Of a stretch of 64,000 nt of DNA, positions 1-8,723 are shown in pieces. The notes under the pieces are model-generated. The model made no database searches and was not told the origin of the DNA. It was given only the letters and a program-made list of their open reading frames with translations. Position 1 is the stretch's first letter, and each line of letters starts with the position of its first letter. Both the position numbers and the translations under genes were made by a program. Source of the stretch: Parcubacteria group bacterium (lineage in GTDB: Bacteria > Patescibacteriota > Patescibacteriia > UBA2169); assembly GCA_016181765.1 (NCBI GenBank), contig JACOYR010000004.1, forward strand, positions 115,937 through 179,936, written 5' to 3'.

Positions 1-58
1 ATCTCATCCTGGTTGGCGCTCTTGGAAACGCCTAGTATTTGATAATAGTCTTTTGCCA
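1..58 (-). CDS. dnaJ: Chaperone DnaJ, N-terminal fragment (J-domain start MAKDYYQILGVSKSANQDEI); gene runs off the window
   Basis: Reverse-strand translation from ATG at 58 gives the canonical DnaJ N-terminus; completes the hrcA-grpE-dnaK-dnaJ operon order. Confidence 0.8.
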
Positions 59-66
59 TATGGTTT

Positions 67-102
67 CCCCCTCCTTTACCAAGGAGGGGGTCAGGGGGTG
101 GT
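67..102 (+). repeat. Palindromic GC-rich repeat copy 1 (ccccctcctt-tacc-aaggaggggg-tcagggggtggt)
   Basis: Hairpin plus conserved YNAGGGGGTGG tail; intergenic between dnaJ start and upstream ORF. Confidence 0.7.
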
Positions 103-104
103 CC

Positions 105-407
105 TTATTTCCTGTCCTCAAACCCCAAGCCGGTCTGCGTTTGCGGAGCATCTGCCGCCTTGATCTCACCAAAACGCTCTTCGTACTTTTTGATGTTATC
201 CGCAAGCGCCGCCACAATGCGCTTTAAGTGCCCGGGGCTGGTTTGTACTTTGCTTACGACCTTGCCGGAAAGCCCGGCAACGTTCATGAATACCATCATG
301 AACTCTTCCTGGGTGTGGCTCACCTGCATCATGTTCGCGTACTCACCGCCCGGGATGTTGTCCGCGATTTTAATTTCCTGCCTTTGGGGCTGCTGTTCGT
401 TTGCCAT
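105..407 (-). CDS. Hypothetical small protein (100 aa), AT-richer than surroundings
   Basis: ORF in AT-rich block inserted between dnaK and dnaJ; no recognisable motifs. Confidence 0.4.
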   Translation of the reverse strand: MANEQQPQRQEIKIADNIPGGEYANMMQVSHTQEEFMMVFMNVAGLSGKVVSKVQTSPGHLKRIVAALADNIKKYEERFGEIKAADAPQTQTGLGFEDRK

Positions 408-413
408 ATAATC

Positions 414-1124
414 TTATTTTAATATGATAGTCGGTTCAATGATTTGCTGCATCTCATAACAACCATGCGGTAATCCAGACCCATCATCAAAGCCTGTCCC
501 GCAGGCTGACGCAAAAAGCAAATAATTTCTAGAAACTAACAATGGATACCGAATGCCTCCGGCGAAACACAAATCAAAATCATTTTTAAACTGGTCCATG
601 TTAATATATCCAAGTTTATTTGGAATTGCAGTGACCTTCCAATCTCCCTCTTGTGATTGGCCGTCATAAGCAAAAGAGTATGCCGTACCCATGTCGTTCT
701 CGGTATACGCGGACAATAATTGCTGAAAATACTGCTTGTCTTTTTCTATTCCGCTCTCATTGACGTCTTTTCCAATCGTACATTCAGCGCTGTTCGCCGC
801 AAGTTCGCTCGGTTTCATGGCCTCAAGCACGGCAAAGTTTCCCTCCGACATATCAAAGTTTCTTCCCGCATCCGAATACGCAAAAGCATCTGTAGATTTC
901 TCATTTATTGATGTTTCTTTTGGGTTTAATAGACCAGGGGCTGCTTCTGATTGGCTTGACTGTCTTGGATTAGCTGATTTATTTAAAACAGAACAACCTG
1001 ACACAACAAGCACAACAAAAACCCCGATAAACAAATACAGAAAATATGCATTCATTCGTGGCTTATTTGGTTGTGCTTGTTCGTTTGCCATAATATTTTC
1101 ATTTAGACCATATTGGCTTACCAC
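414..1124 (-). CDS. Putative lipoprotein (signal peptide with LVVSGC lipobox); start probably internal (MANEQ... or MNAYF...)
   Basis: N-terminal hydrophobic stretch followed by Cys lipobox; AT-rich composition. Confidence 0.5.
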   Translation of the reverse strand: MVSQYGLNENIMANEQAQPNKPRMNAYFLYLFIGVFVVLVVSGCSVLNKSANPRQSSQSEAAPGLLNPKETSINEKSTDAFAYSDAGRNFDMSEGNFAVLEAMKPSELAANSAECTIGKDVNESGIEKDKQYFQQLLSAYTENDMGTAYSFAYDGQSQEGDWKVTAIPNKLGYINMDQFKNDFDLCFAGGIRYPLLVSRNYLLFASACGTGFDDGSGLPHGCYEMQQIIEPTIILK

Positions 1125-1545
1125 CAGCGGCCCTTATAAATTGACTAACACCTAGTTGACCTCGTACATTTCGAGCTTTTGACCCTGGCTTTTTCAATTC
1201 TTCTTCAATTTTTGACCTAGAAGCTTTGTAAATATCTGAAACCTGATACCTTTCGTCTAGAAGAACGAGTAAAGTACTGTCCCATTCTTTTGACAAGTCA
1301 ATGCTTCCTAACCGACCACCATTTATTCTTCCGCTAATGATTCTGCGAGTCTTAATCTGAATTTTTTTCTTTCCTTGTGTTGCGTCATACCCATCCTGAC
1401 GGGCAGGAGCTAAACGAAGATTAAGCAAACGACACGCTTCGTATTCACCTATCTCGCCAGTGACGCCAAGCGGACGACCAGTCAAATTATAATATCTCTT
1501 GGCTAACGATTTTATCTGACTAATCAATTTCAGTTTTTGATTCAT
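1099..1545 (-). CDS. Hypothetical protein (148 aa), possibly restriction-endonuclease-like fold
   Basis: ORF with weak D...QIK motif pattern; AT-rich; in inserted block. Confidence 0.35.
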   Translation of the reverse strand: MNQKLKLISQIKSLAKRYYNLTGRPLGVTGEIGEYEACRLLNLRLAPARQDGYDATQGKKKIQIKTRRIISGRINGGRLGSIDLSKEWDSTLLVLLDERYQVSDIYKASRSKIEEELKKPGSKARNVRGQLGVSQFIRAAGGKPIWSK

Positions 1546-1551
1546 ATCCTA

Positions 1552-1586
1552 CCACCCCCTAACCCCCTCCTCATTAGAGGAGGGGG
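1552..1586 (-). repeat. Palindromic GC-rich repeat copy 2, inverted orientation (ccaccccctaa-ccccctcctc-atta-gaggaggggg)
   Basis: Reverse complement matches the family consensus; lies just downstream of dnaK stop, may act as its terminator. Confidence 0.7.
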
Positions 1587-1596
1587 AACCAAGAGA

Positions 1597-3522
1597 TTAC
1601 TTTTTATCATCTTTCTTAACTTCCTCGTACTGGCCTTCCACGGCTTCTGACTGCTTGTCATTTGACGATGAAGCATCGGCTTTCGCGCCGGATGATGATT
1701 TGGCAGCCTCCTCCTGCGCCATCTTGTTCAGGACTTCTCCGATCTTCTGCATCTCTTTGGAGAGCTCCTCGGACGCCTTGTTAATGGCTTCCCTGTCATT
1801 CCCGTCCTGCACTTTCTTCAGAGCATCAATCTTGGCCTGGATGCCTTTTTTGACGTCATCGCCAACTTTGTCGCCTGCATCTTTCAGAGCCTTATCTGCT
1901 GTGTACGCCAACTGCTCCGCAAGGTTGCGCGATTCAATCAGCTCTTTCTTTTTCTTGTCCTCTTCCGCGTGAGTGGCAGCATCCGCCTTCATCTTTTCCA
2001 CTTCCTCCTCGGACAAGGACGTGGTTGCAGTGATGGTGATTTTTTGTTCTTTGCCGCTGGTTTTGTCTTTCGCCTTAACATTCAGGATGCCGTTCGCGTC
2101 AATGTCAAACGTCACCTCAACCTGGGGCATGCCGCGTTGAGCCGGCGGAATGCCGTCCAGAATAAAGCGGCCCAAGGTCTTGTTGTCGCTTGCCATCTGC
2201 CGCTCCCCTTGCAAGACGTGGATTTCCACTGATGTCTGGTTGTCTGCGGCAGTTGAGAAAATCTGGGACTTTGACGTAGGAATGGTGGTGTTGCGATCAA
2301 TCAAGGGCGTGCGCACCCCGCCCAACGTTTCAAGCCCGAGCGTCAGAGGCGTTACATCCAAGAGCAGAACGTCTTTGACATCCCCCTGCAGAACGCCTGC
2401 CTGCACTGCCGCGCCAAGAGCAACCACTTCATCCGGGTTGACTCCGAGATGCGGCTCCTTGCCGAAGTAGGCCTTGACCTTTGCCTGCACCAGAGGCATG
2501 CGCGTCATGCCCCCGACCAAGACCACTTCATTGATGCTGTTCGGAGTCCAGTTCGCATCAGCCATTGCCTGCTTTACCGGGCCAAACGTCTTTTCCACCA
2601 AGCCCCCCACCAGCTCCTCCAGTTTGGCGCGCGAGAGTTGCATCACCAAGTGCTTGGGGCCGTTCGCGTCAGACGTGATGTACGGCTGGTTGATTTCCGT
2701 GGTGGCGGAAGAGGAGAGTTCGTGCTTTGCCTTTTCAGCTGCTTCCTTGATGCGCTGGAGTGCCAATGGATCCTTGGAAAGGTCAACACCTTCGGCCCGT
2801 CCGAACTCATCAACAATCCATTTGATGATGATCTGGTCAAAGTCATCCCCTCCGAGGTGCGTGTCCCCGTTCGTGGCTTTCACTTCCACGGTGTCTGCGG
2901 AAACTTCCAAAAGCGAAATATCAAACGTGCCGCCGCCGAGGTCATAGACCGCGATCTTTTCGTCCTTTTTCTTATCAAACCCATACGCCAAGGCTGCTGC
3001 GGTCGGCTCGTTGATGATGCGCTTGACATCCAAGCCCGCGATCTTGCCCGCGTCCTTGGTTGCCTGGCGCTCGGAGTCGTCAAAGTACGCAGGCACGGTG
3101 ATGACTGCTTCGGTAATTTTTTCTCCCAAACGCGCTTCTGCGTCCGCTTTCAGTTTGCTCAAAATCATTGCCGAGATTTCCTGGGGCGTGTACTCCTTGT
3201 CCGACATTTTGATTTTAACCCCGTCCCCGGACTGCGTGATTTCGTACGGCACCATGCCCCGAGTCTTGGCGACTTCCGCATCCCCAAACCTGCGGCCGAT
3301 GAGGCGCTTGATGGAATACAGCGTATTGCGCGGGTTGGTGACTGCCTGGCGCTTTGCGGACTGCCCAACCAAACGCTCGCCGTTTTTGGCGATGGCAACC
3401 ATGGACGGCGTGGTTCTCGCGCCTTCCGCGTTTTCTATAATCTTCGGCTTGCCGCCCTCCACAATGGCCATTGCCGAGTTGGTGGTGCCGAGGTCTATTC
3501 CGAGAATTTTTCCCATATGCAT
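1597..3522 (-). CDS. dnaK: Molecular chaperone DnaK (Hsp70); probable true start [14 protein letters not shown] at 3516
   Basis: Full-length Hsp70 signature motifs ([30 protein letters not shown]). Confidence 0.97.
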   Translation of the reverse strand: MHMGKILGIDLGTTNSAMAIVEGGKPKIIENAEGARTTPSMVAIAKNGERLVGQSAKRQAVTNPRNTLYSIKRLIGRRFGDAEVAKTRGMVPYEITQSGDGVKIKMSDKEYTPQEISAMILSKLKADAEARLGEKITEAVITVPAYFDDSERQATKDAGKIAGLDVKRIINEPTAAALAYGFDKKKDEKIAVYDLGGGTFDISLLEVSADTVEVKATNGDTHLGGDDFDQIIIKWIVDEFGRAEGVDLSKDPLALQRIKEAAEKAKHELSSSATTEINQPYITSDANGPKHLVMQLSRAKLEELVGGLVEKTFGPVKQAMADANWTPNSINEVVLVGGMTRMPLVQAKVKAYFGKEPHLGVNPDEVVALGAAVQAGVLQGDVKDVLLLDVTPLTLGLETLGGVRTPLIDRNTTIPTSKSQIFSTAADNQTSVEIHVLQGERQMASDNKTLGRFILDGIPPAQRGMPQVEVTFDIDANGILNVKAKDKTSGKEQKITITATTSLSEEEVEKMKADAATHAEEDKKKKELIESRNLAEQLAYTADKALKDAGDKVGDDVKKGIQAKIDALKKVQDGNDREAINKASEELSKEMQKIGEVLNKMAQEEAAKSSSGAKADASSSNDKQSEAVEGQYEEVKKDDKK

Positions 3523-3579
3523 ATATGATTAATTGATGTCGTTGCGAGGCGCCGATTCGGCGCCCCGTGGTGAAACCAA

Positions 3580-3993
3580 TTACTTTGCGGCAATCTTGAT
3601 CTGCTTGGGCTTTGCGCGCTCTTCCTTGGGAATGGTGATTTTCAAAACACCATTCGTGTAATCCGCTTTCGCGCCTTCGCCGTTAACGGACGCAGGCAAG
3701 GCAACCGCGCGGTGGAATGCGCCATGCCGCACTTCCTTGCGGTAGTAGTCTTTGTCATCCACCTCTGATTCCTTCTTGGTTGCGCCCTCAATGGTGAGCA
3801 CGTCGTTTTCAACGGAGATGTTCACCTGGTCCGGATCAATGCCCGGCAAAGGCGTTTCCACGATTACGTGGTCCTTGTCCTGGTACACGTCCAGGGCAGG
3901 GACAAACCCTTGGGCGCCGCCTCCCCACTCCTCAAAGAACTTGTCAAAGTCCGAGAAGGGGTCAAGCATGGGCCGCCATCGTACGATAGACAT
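3580..3993 (-). CDS. Small heat shock protein Hsp20/alpha-crystallin family
   Basis: 137 aa with ACD domain pattern; positioned between grpE and dnaK. Confidence 0.85.
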   Translation of the reverse strand: MSIVRWRPMLDPFSDFDKFFEEWGGGAQGFVPALDVYQDKDHVIVETPLPGIDPDQVNISVENDVLTIEGATKKESEVDDKDYYRKEVRHGAFHRAVALPASVNGEGAKADYTNGVLKITIPKEERAKPKQIKIAAK

Positions 3994-4014
3994 ATGATTG
4001 TCTCCTTTCCTTAA

Positions 4015-4497
4015 TTAATGATGTGTGCCTTTAGAAACGATTACGCGGCTGGGCCGAATGAGCCTGTCTTTCATGGCGTATCCGACCTGTACTTCCTTGA
4101 TGACGTGCCCCTCGGGCACGGTTTCGGACGGCTCGTGGCCCACGGCCTCGTGCTGGTGCGGATCAAAGCGTTTGCCTTTTGATTGGACGCGCTCAATGCC
4201 CAAGGTCTCAAGCATCTCATCCCGCTCTTTTTGGACCTGGAACAAGCCCTTTGCCCACTCCGAGCTTTTGGCATCCTCGGGCAGGTGCAGAAGCGCGAGC
4301 TCAAAGTTATCAATCACCGGCATGAACTTGGCGATGATGTCCGCGGCCGCGTACTCCGCGATGCTCGCCATGCGCCTGGCGTATTCTTTTTCCAGGTTTT
4401 GGTAGTCTGCCTGGGCCCGCTTCCAGCCCGCCAGGTATTCGTCCGCCTTGGTTTGCAGTTCCACAAGCTTTGGGTCCTCGTCTTTTTTATGGTGCAT
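4015..4497 (-). CDS. grpE: Nucleotide exchange factor GrpE
   Basis: Size, coiled-coil N-terminus, C-terminal GrpE motif; operon context. Confidence 0.9.
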   Translation of the reverse strand: MHHKKDEDPKLVELQTKADEYLAGWKRAQADYQNLEKEYARRMASIAEYAAADIIAKFMPVIDNFELALLHLPEDAKSSEWAKGLFQVQKERDEMLETLGIERVQSKGKRFDPHQHEAVGHEPSETVPEGHVIKEVQVGYAMKDRLIRPSRVIVSKGTHH

Positions 4498-4500
4498 AAT

Positions 4501-5175
4501 TTACGAAAGTAATGTTTTGATGTGCTTCAAAAACGCAATGTTCCGGCCGTAATCCATGCGCATGGGCCCGAGCATGCCGATCACCATGCCGCCTCGGGCG
4601 AGCGTCAGCACGCTTGCGCACTCATCGCCGAACGGGTTGTCGCTGCCGAGCAGAACCGAGATGTCGTCATCCAGCATGGCCCCAATACCGGACATCACCT
4701 CATCCAAGTGGTCAATAATCCGCGAGATGCCCACCACGCTGTCGTGATCCGTGAATTCCGGCTTGGCAAAGATGTTGGAGAGGCCCGTGTAGAACACGTT
4801 GTTCGGGTTGAACCCCACGACCACGGCTTCGCCCGAAAGCTCGGCTCCCTTTTTGGCGACTGCTTTGATGCCGTCCACGGACGTGCTGCCCCACGCCTCG
4901 GAAAGAGCTTTCTGGTGCTTCGGAGAAAGCGCCCTCTCCGGCAGCATCTGCTGGATGTATAAGCGGTACCCGGCTTCAGTCGGGATCCTGCCCGCCGAGG
5001 TGTGGGGGTGCGTGATAAACCCTTCCCGCTCCAGCTCCTGCATCCAGTTGCGCACCGTTGGCCCGGAAACATCCTTGAAACAGTGCTCCGCGATAAACGC
5101 CGAACCAACCGGCAGAGCGGTTTTTACGTGCGATTCAATGATATGGCGTAAAAGCTCTTTTTGGCGCTCATCCAT
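4501..5175 (-). CDS. hrcA: Heat-inducible transcription repressor HrcA
   Basis: N-terminal winged-helix HrcA signature (ELLRHIIESHVKTALPVGS); first gene of chaperone operon. Confidence 0.9.
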   Translation of the reverse strand: MDERQKELLRHIIESHVKTALPVGSAFIAEHCFKDVSGPTVRNWMQELEREGFITHPHTSAGRIPTEAGYRLYIQQMLPERALSPKHQKALSEAWGSTSVDGIKAVAKKGAELSGEAVVVGFNPNNVFYTGLSNIFAKPEFTDHDSVVGISRIIDHLDEVMSGIGAMLDDDISVLLGSDNPFGDECASVLTLARGGMVIGMLGPMRMDYGRNIAFLKHIKTLLS

Positions 5176-5199
5176 AGTATAGTTACTATAGCTGACAGA

Positions 5200-5226
5200 T
5201 TATCACTCGTCAAGGGTGAGTGATAA
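5200..5226 (-). promoter_or_regulatory. CIRCE-like operator TTATCACTC-N9-GAGTGATAA upstream of hrcA
   Basis: Perfect 9-bp inverted repeat with 9-bp spacer, one mismatch per arm to CIRCE consensus TTAGCACTC-N9-GAGTGCTAA. Confidence 0.6.
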
Positions 5227-5230
5227 TTCC

Positions 5231-5258
5231 ACTATACAAAACTTGTTTTTCGTGTCAA
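5231..5258 (-). promoter_or_regulatory. Putative sigma70-type promoter for hrcA operon (TTGACA-N16-TATAGT on minus strand)
   Basis: Consensus-like -35/-10 immediately 5' of CIRCE element. Confidence 0.35.
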
Positions 5259-5321
5259 GGCGCAAAAAAAGCCAGCGGGTTTGTTTCCGTTGGCTTAACT
5301 GCCATACTTCTCTACGGAAAT

Positions 5322-5708
5322 TTAGCTTTCTATAACAATCTGCCGTGTCTTTTCCTTAAAACTGATAATAAACGGGACAAAAAAGTTATCCCTGCCGAGC
5401 AGATTGAAAGATACATTGAACTCGGGAGAGAAAATAATTTTGCAGGGGAATTTTTTGGAGCCGAACTGCACAGTGAGGGTATGCAAGTAGCCGGTTATTT
5501 TACCGCCGATGCCCGAAAGCTGGATGCGCGCGCCGTTCGTGATGGGGATTCCCAGGTATTCTGCCACTTCCGGACGAAACACCGAAAAAGACGCCCCGGA
5601 ATCAATGAGCGCTTCTATGGTAATTCTGTTGTTTCCTCGTGTCAGTGTGACCGGAACAATGGGGAAATGCTGGCTTCCCTTTTTGAAGTAGGGAAATGCC
5701 TTTTTCAT
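5322..5708 (-). CDS. Retropepsin-like (clan AA) aspartic protease; likely start MKKAFPYF
   Basis: IDSGAS active-site motif and single-lobe size typical of bacterial retropepsin-like proteases; AT-richer segment. Confidence 0.6.
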   Translation of the reverse strand: MKKAFPYFKKGSQHFPIVPVTLTRGNNRITIEALIDSGASFSVFRPEVAEYLGIPITNGARIQLSGIGGKITGYLHTLTVQFGSKKFPCKIIFSPEFNVSFNLLGRDNFFVPFIISFKEKTRQIVIES

Positions 5709-5917
5709 ACCCAGAGCACGTAGGGACCCTCGTTTTTTCGGGGAACCAAAAACACGGAGGCCTTGTCCTGCAGGCCCTTTTTCTCCACCTGCGCCATGGT
5801 TTTTGGGAGGGTTTTGTCGTGCGCTACCACACTGTTCTGCACAAACGCAACCCACTCACCGGTGTATCGGGAAAGATTTCTCCTGGTCCGTGGCCTTGTT
5901 TTGGTCCGTGTCGCCAT
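5705..5917 (-). CDS. Small conserved protein (70 aa, GEWVAFV..VVAH pattern, DUF5678-like), overlaps start of aspartic protease
   Basis: 4-nt overlap with downstream protease gene suggests an operon pair. Confidence 0.4.
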   Translation of the reverse strand: MATRTKTRPRTRRNLSRYTGEWVAFVQNSVVAHDKTLPKTMAQVEKKGLQDKASVFLVPRKNEGPYVLWV

Positions 5918-5937
5918 ATAGTAACATTGTACGCGTT

Positions 5938-6168
5938 TTAGTCTCTAACCGTCAAGCCACGATTCTGGCAGTCCCGCGCAACCCATACTACAAACCACAG
6001 GTGCGCCTCTACGAGCGCGTTGTGGGCCGCTTCGTCGCCTGCTTGGATGCGTTGCGCAAGCTCGCACTCCTCTTCGCGCGACAATCTGCGGCCCGAGTAC
6101 TTCCGAAGATCATCAAAGTACGAATCCTCCACAGAAGGAGGACCAAAACGCCGCTTGGTGCCGGCCAT
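5938..6168 (-). pseudogene. Truncated sigma-70 paralog fragment (regions 1.2-2.2 only, 76 aa)
   Basis: LSREEECELAQRIQAGDEAAHNALVEAHLWFVVWVARDCQNRGLT is clearly homologous to residues of the adjacent full sigma factor (LSREKEAELALRIHEGDAKARNELVEANLRFVVSVAREYQGRGLT) then terminates. Confidence 0.5.
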
Positions 6169-6368
6169 GGCGTTCCTCCTGTCTGGTGGACGTGAAATGA
6201 GCTTGGAAAAGACCTGCCCTCATCCTAGCAAAAAGATGTCCTGATGTGAAGCTCCCGTGGAAAATATACCGGCCAAAAACAAGGCTGTCAAGGATAAAAA
6301 AGGCCCACGGAACCTCGCGATTCCGTGGGATGGGAAACAGGCGTCGGAGCGCCTCAACATTGAAGCGC

Positions 6369-7376
6369 TTACTGTTGGGCCAAGGCTAGGCTCTTTCTCG
6401 GCCTTCCGGCGCGCCTGGCGCCGGGTTTATTGGAAGCAGGGCACTTCCGGTGCGCTTGGGTATACTTTGCCCGAAGCGCCTCTGCCGCGTCCAGCCGGGC
6501 CGATTCTCCGCCTGCGCCGTCAAACACGGCTAAGCGCTTCGCATTCGCACCGGCGCGGAGCAGATGGAGTGCCCGCTCCTTGATCTGACGCGCGCGCTCG
6601 CGCGTGACGTCTAACCGATGGCCGATCTGTTCCAAGGTCATGGGCAATTCCCCGTCCAAGCCGAAGTAGAGCCTCAAGACTTCAGCTTCCCTTCGGGGAA
6701 GCCTGTAAACCGCGGCATCAATCTGCGCGCGCATATCCTCCTGGTCCAGAACTTCATCCGGCGGCTCGGCGGATTCGTCCGCACGCCTTTCAAACAAGCT
6801 ATTGCCCGGATCACCCTGTATAGACGCGCTTCCGCTTGCGCCCCCTGCCTCCGCATCAAGGGAAATGGCGGGCTTGCTTGCAACGATTGAGCGTTCCACC
6901 TCATCCTCCGCGATGCCGAGATTCCCGGCAATATCCTCTGTTGTGGGGCTGGCACAGCCGCTGTGCTGCAGCTCGCGGGCGGCTTTGGATATCTTCAAAA
7001 GCAATTGGCTGGTGCCCGCGGAAAGCGGGACAACCCTGTCTTTCGCAATCGCCTGAAGCATTGCCTGCCTGATCCACCACACCGCGTAGGAGATGAACTT
7101 GAAGCCGCGCGTCTCATCAAAGCGCTCCGCGGCCGTGACGAGCCCTGTGTTGCCGGCGCTGACGAGCTCGTCCATGGTCAGCCCGCGGCCCTGGTACTCT
7201 CTGGCCACGCTCACCACGAACCGCAGGTTTGCCTCCACCAGCTCGTTGCGGGCTTTTGCATCGCCTTCGTGGATGCGCAGCGCAAGCTCTGCCTCCTTCT
7301 CGCGCGAGAGCGGAATTGAGTGCATGATGATGTTGAGGTAATGCCCCAACCCGTCCACATCGCTCCTGGTATTCAT
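6369..7376 (-). CDS. RNA polymerase sigma-70 family factor (regions 2-4) with basic C-terminal extension
   Basis: Region 2 (FISYAVWWIRQAM), region 3 and 4.2 HTH motifs present; 335 aa. Confidence 0.9.
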   Translation of the reverse strand: MNTRSDVDGLGHYLNIIMHSIPLSREKEAELALRIHEGDAKARNELVEANLRFVVSVAREYQGRGLTMDELVSAGNTGLVTAAERFDETRGFKFISYAVWWIRQAMLQAIAKDRVVPLSAGTSQLLLKISKAARELQHSGCASPTTEDIAGNLGIAEDEVERSIVASKPAISLDAEAGGASGSASIQGDPGNSLFERRADESAEPPDEVLDQEDMRAQIDAAVYRLPRREAEVLRLYFGLDGELPMTLEQIGHRLDVTRERARQIKERALHLLRAGANAKRLAVFDGAGGESARLDAAEALRAKYTQAHRKCPASNKPGARRAGRPRKSLALAQQ

Positions 7377-7501
7377 TCCCCGCCTCTCTTGTCCGTGAAA
7401 GTGAAAAGGGTATGGTTAGCCGCTTGTCAAAGTACAAAAACAACGCTGCCCTCTGTACCTGTTTGCAAACCTACCAAATAATGCGTATCAACGCAAGGCG
7501 C

Positions 7502-7816
7502 CTATAGTTCGCCAATCTTTGCGGCCAGCGCAAAATCCGCTTCCGTGAGTCCTTGCCGGAAATGCGTGTACAGCACAATATCAGCATATTTGAAACTGAA
7601 CGTGATGTCCGGGTGGTGGTTCGCCTGTTCCGCAAGCGCGGACACCTTGTCCACGAACACCTTGGATTCTTTGAAATTATTAAAATCAAAATGCTTAAAT
7701 AGTTTTCCGTCTCTGATGCCCCAGGACGGACCGAGCTCTGCCTTAAGCGCGCTGACCTCGTCATCCGTAAGTTTTGGGCCGTGGTCTTCTGGCGTGCGTT
7801 GTGAAAGTTTTATCAT
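7502..7816 (-). CDS. Pterin-4-alpha-carbinolamine dehydratase (PCD/DCoH); start at MIKLSQ
   Basis: Conserved PCD core including HHPD motif; upstream part of long ORF overlaps TPM gene and is not coding. Confidence 0.8.
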   Translation of the reverse strand: MIKLSQRTPEDHGPKLTDDEVSALKAELGPSWGIRDGKLFKHFDFNNFKESKVFVDKVSALAEQANHHPDITFSFKYADIVLYTHFRQGLTEADFALAAKIGEL

Positions 7817-7823
7817 AGGATAG

Positions 7824-8723
7824 TTACCACCTGCCGCTTGCTCCGCCCCCGCCGGAAAGCCCGCCGCCAAATCCTCCGAAGCCGCCTCCTTTATCCCACC
7901 GGTGCGGGCCGCCTCCCATAAAAAATATCCACGGGAATAGGGAATGATGCTTTGTGGAGCCGTCCTTGTGGAGAAACAAGCTGCGGTACTTTGTTGATAC
8001 CAGGTAGTCAAGCCCCAAGCCCGCGGCAATAAGAATCGGCAGCCACCACCACCCGCCGGTTGCAAATCCCGCGATCATGCCGCCTGCTGCGCCAACCACG
8101 CCGCCGAGCCACCACGAGCGCGAACGCGCGAACACGGAAGCGAGCCAGATGAAGATAAAAATAAAGACCCAGAAAAACTCGCCGATAAACGAGCCGGTGC
8201 CCCCCTGGCTTTGCGCAACTGCCGCGCCAACAGACGCATCCGCCCCAACCGCCTGGAGCATGCCGATGACGCCGGCGCGCACGCCGCCGCCAAAGTCGCT
8301 TGATGCAAAATATGGCGGAATGACCGTGCTTACCAGATGCTTGGCTTCCACGTCCGTGAGATCCCCTTCCAGGCCATAGCCCACCTCAATGCGCATTTCC
8401 CTGTCAGCCACCGCAACCACAAAGAGCGCGCCGTTATCCCGGCCCTCGGCGCCGATTCCCCACTCTTGGAACAGGGCTGCTGCGTACGTTTCAATGGTTT
8501 CATCCCCGACTGAATTGACTATGGCCGCCGCAATCTCGTTTCCGGTCTGCTTCTGGTACTCCGAGAGCAGCTGCTCCAGGCTCGCTCGTTCCTCCGATGA
8601 GAGCACGCCCGCAAAATCGTTCACAAACCCGGTTGGCGCGCCCGGGGAAACGTACGCGGCTGCTGAAAGCGGCAGCGCGAGCAAAATTGTCGCGAGCCAG
8701 AGCCGCATGGAATTAGCTCTCAA
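7824..8723 (-). CDS. TPM-domain (TLP18.3/Psb32-like) protein with signal peptide, C-terminal TM helix and Gly-rich tail
   Basis: TPM domain pattern (FVNDFAGVLS...IVNS...FVVAVADREMRIEVGYGLEG). Confidence 0.75.
   Translation of the reverse strand: MRANSMRLWLATILLALPLSAAAYVSPGAPTGFVNDFAGVLSSEERASLEQLLSEYQKQTGNEIAAAIVNSVGDETIETYAAALFQEWGIGAEGRDNGALFVVAVADREMRIEVGYGLEGDLTDVEAKHLVSTVIPPYFASSDFGGGVRAGVIGMLQAVGADASVGAAVAQSQGGTGSFIGEFFWVFIFIFIWLASVFARSRSWWLGGVVGAAGGMIAGFATGGWWWLPILIAAGLGLDYLVSTKYRSLFLHKDGSTKHHSLFPWIFFMGGGPHRWDKGGGFGGFGGGLSGGGGASGRW

Noticed and set aside
105-1124. Two adjacent genes both beginning MANEQ[QA]QP
   Set aside because: The similarity covers only about 8 codons. It may reflect a shared duplicated start region, but is too short to support a claim.
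2449-3528. 359-aa ORF antisense to dnaK, plus several other 60-170 aa ORFs across 1655-3532
   Set aside because: Arg/Gly/Ala-rich translations typical of antisense frames in GC-rich coding DNA. dnaK on the opposite strand is unambiguous.
7850-7925. Apparent direct repeats ccgcctcc in the 3' end of the TPM gene that resembled the palindromic family
   Set aside because: They have no hairpin symmetry and no GGGGGTGG tail. The region encodes the Gly-rich C-terminal tail of the TPM protein.
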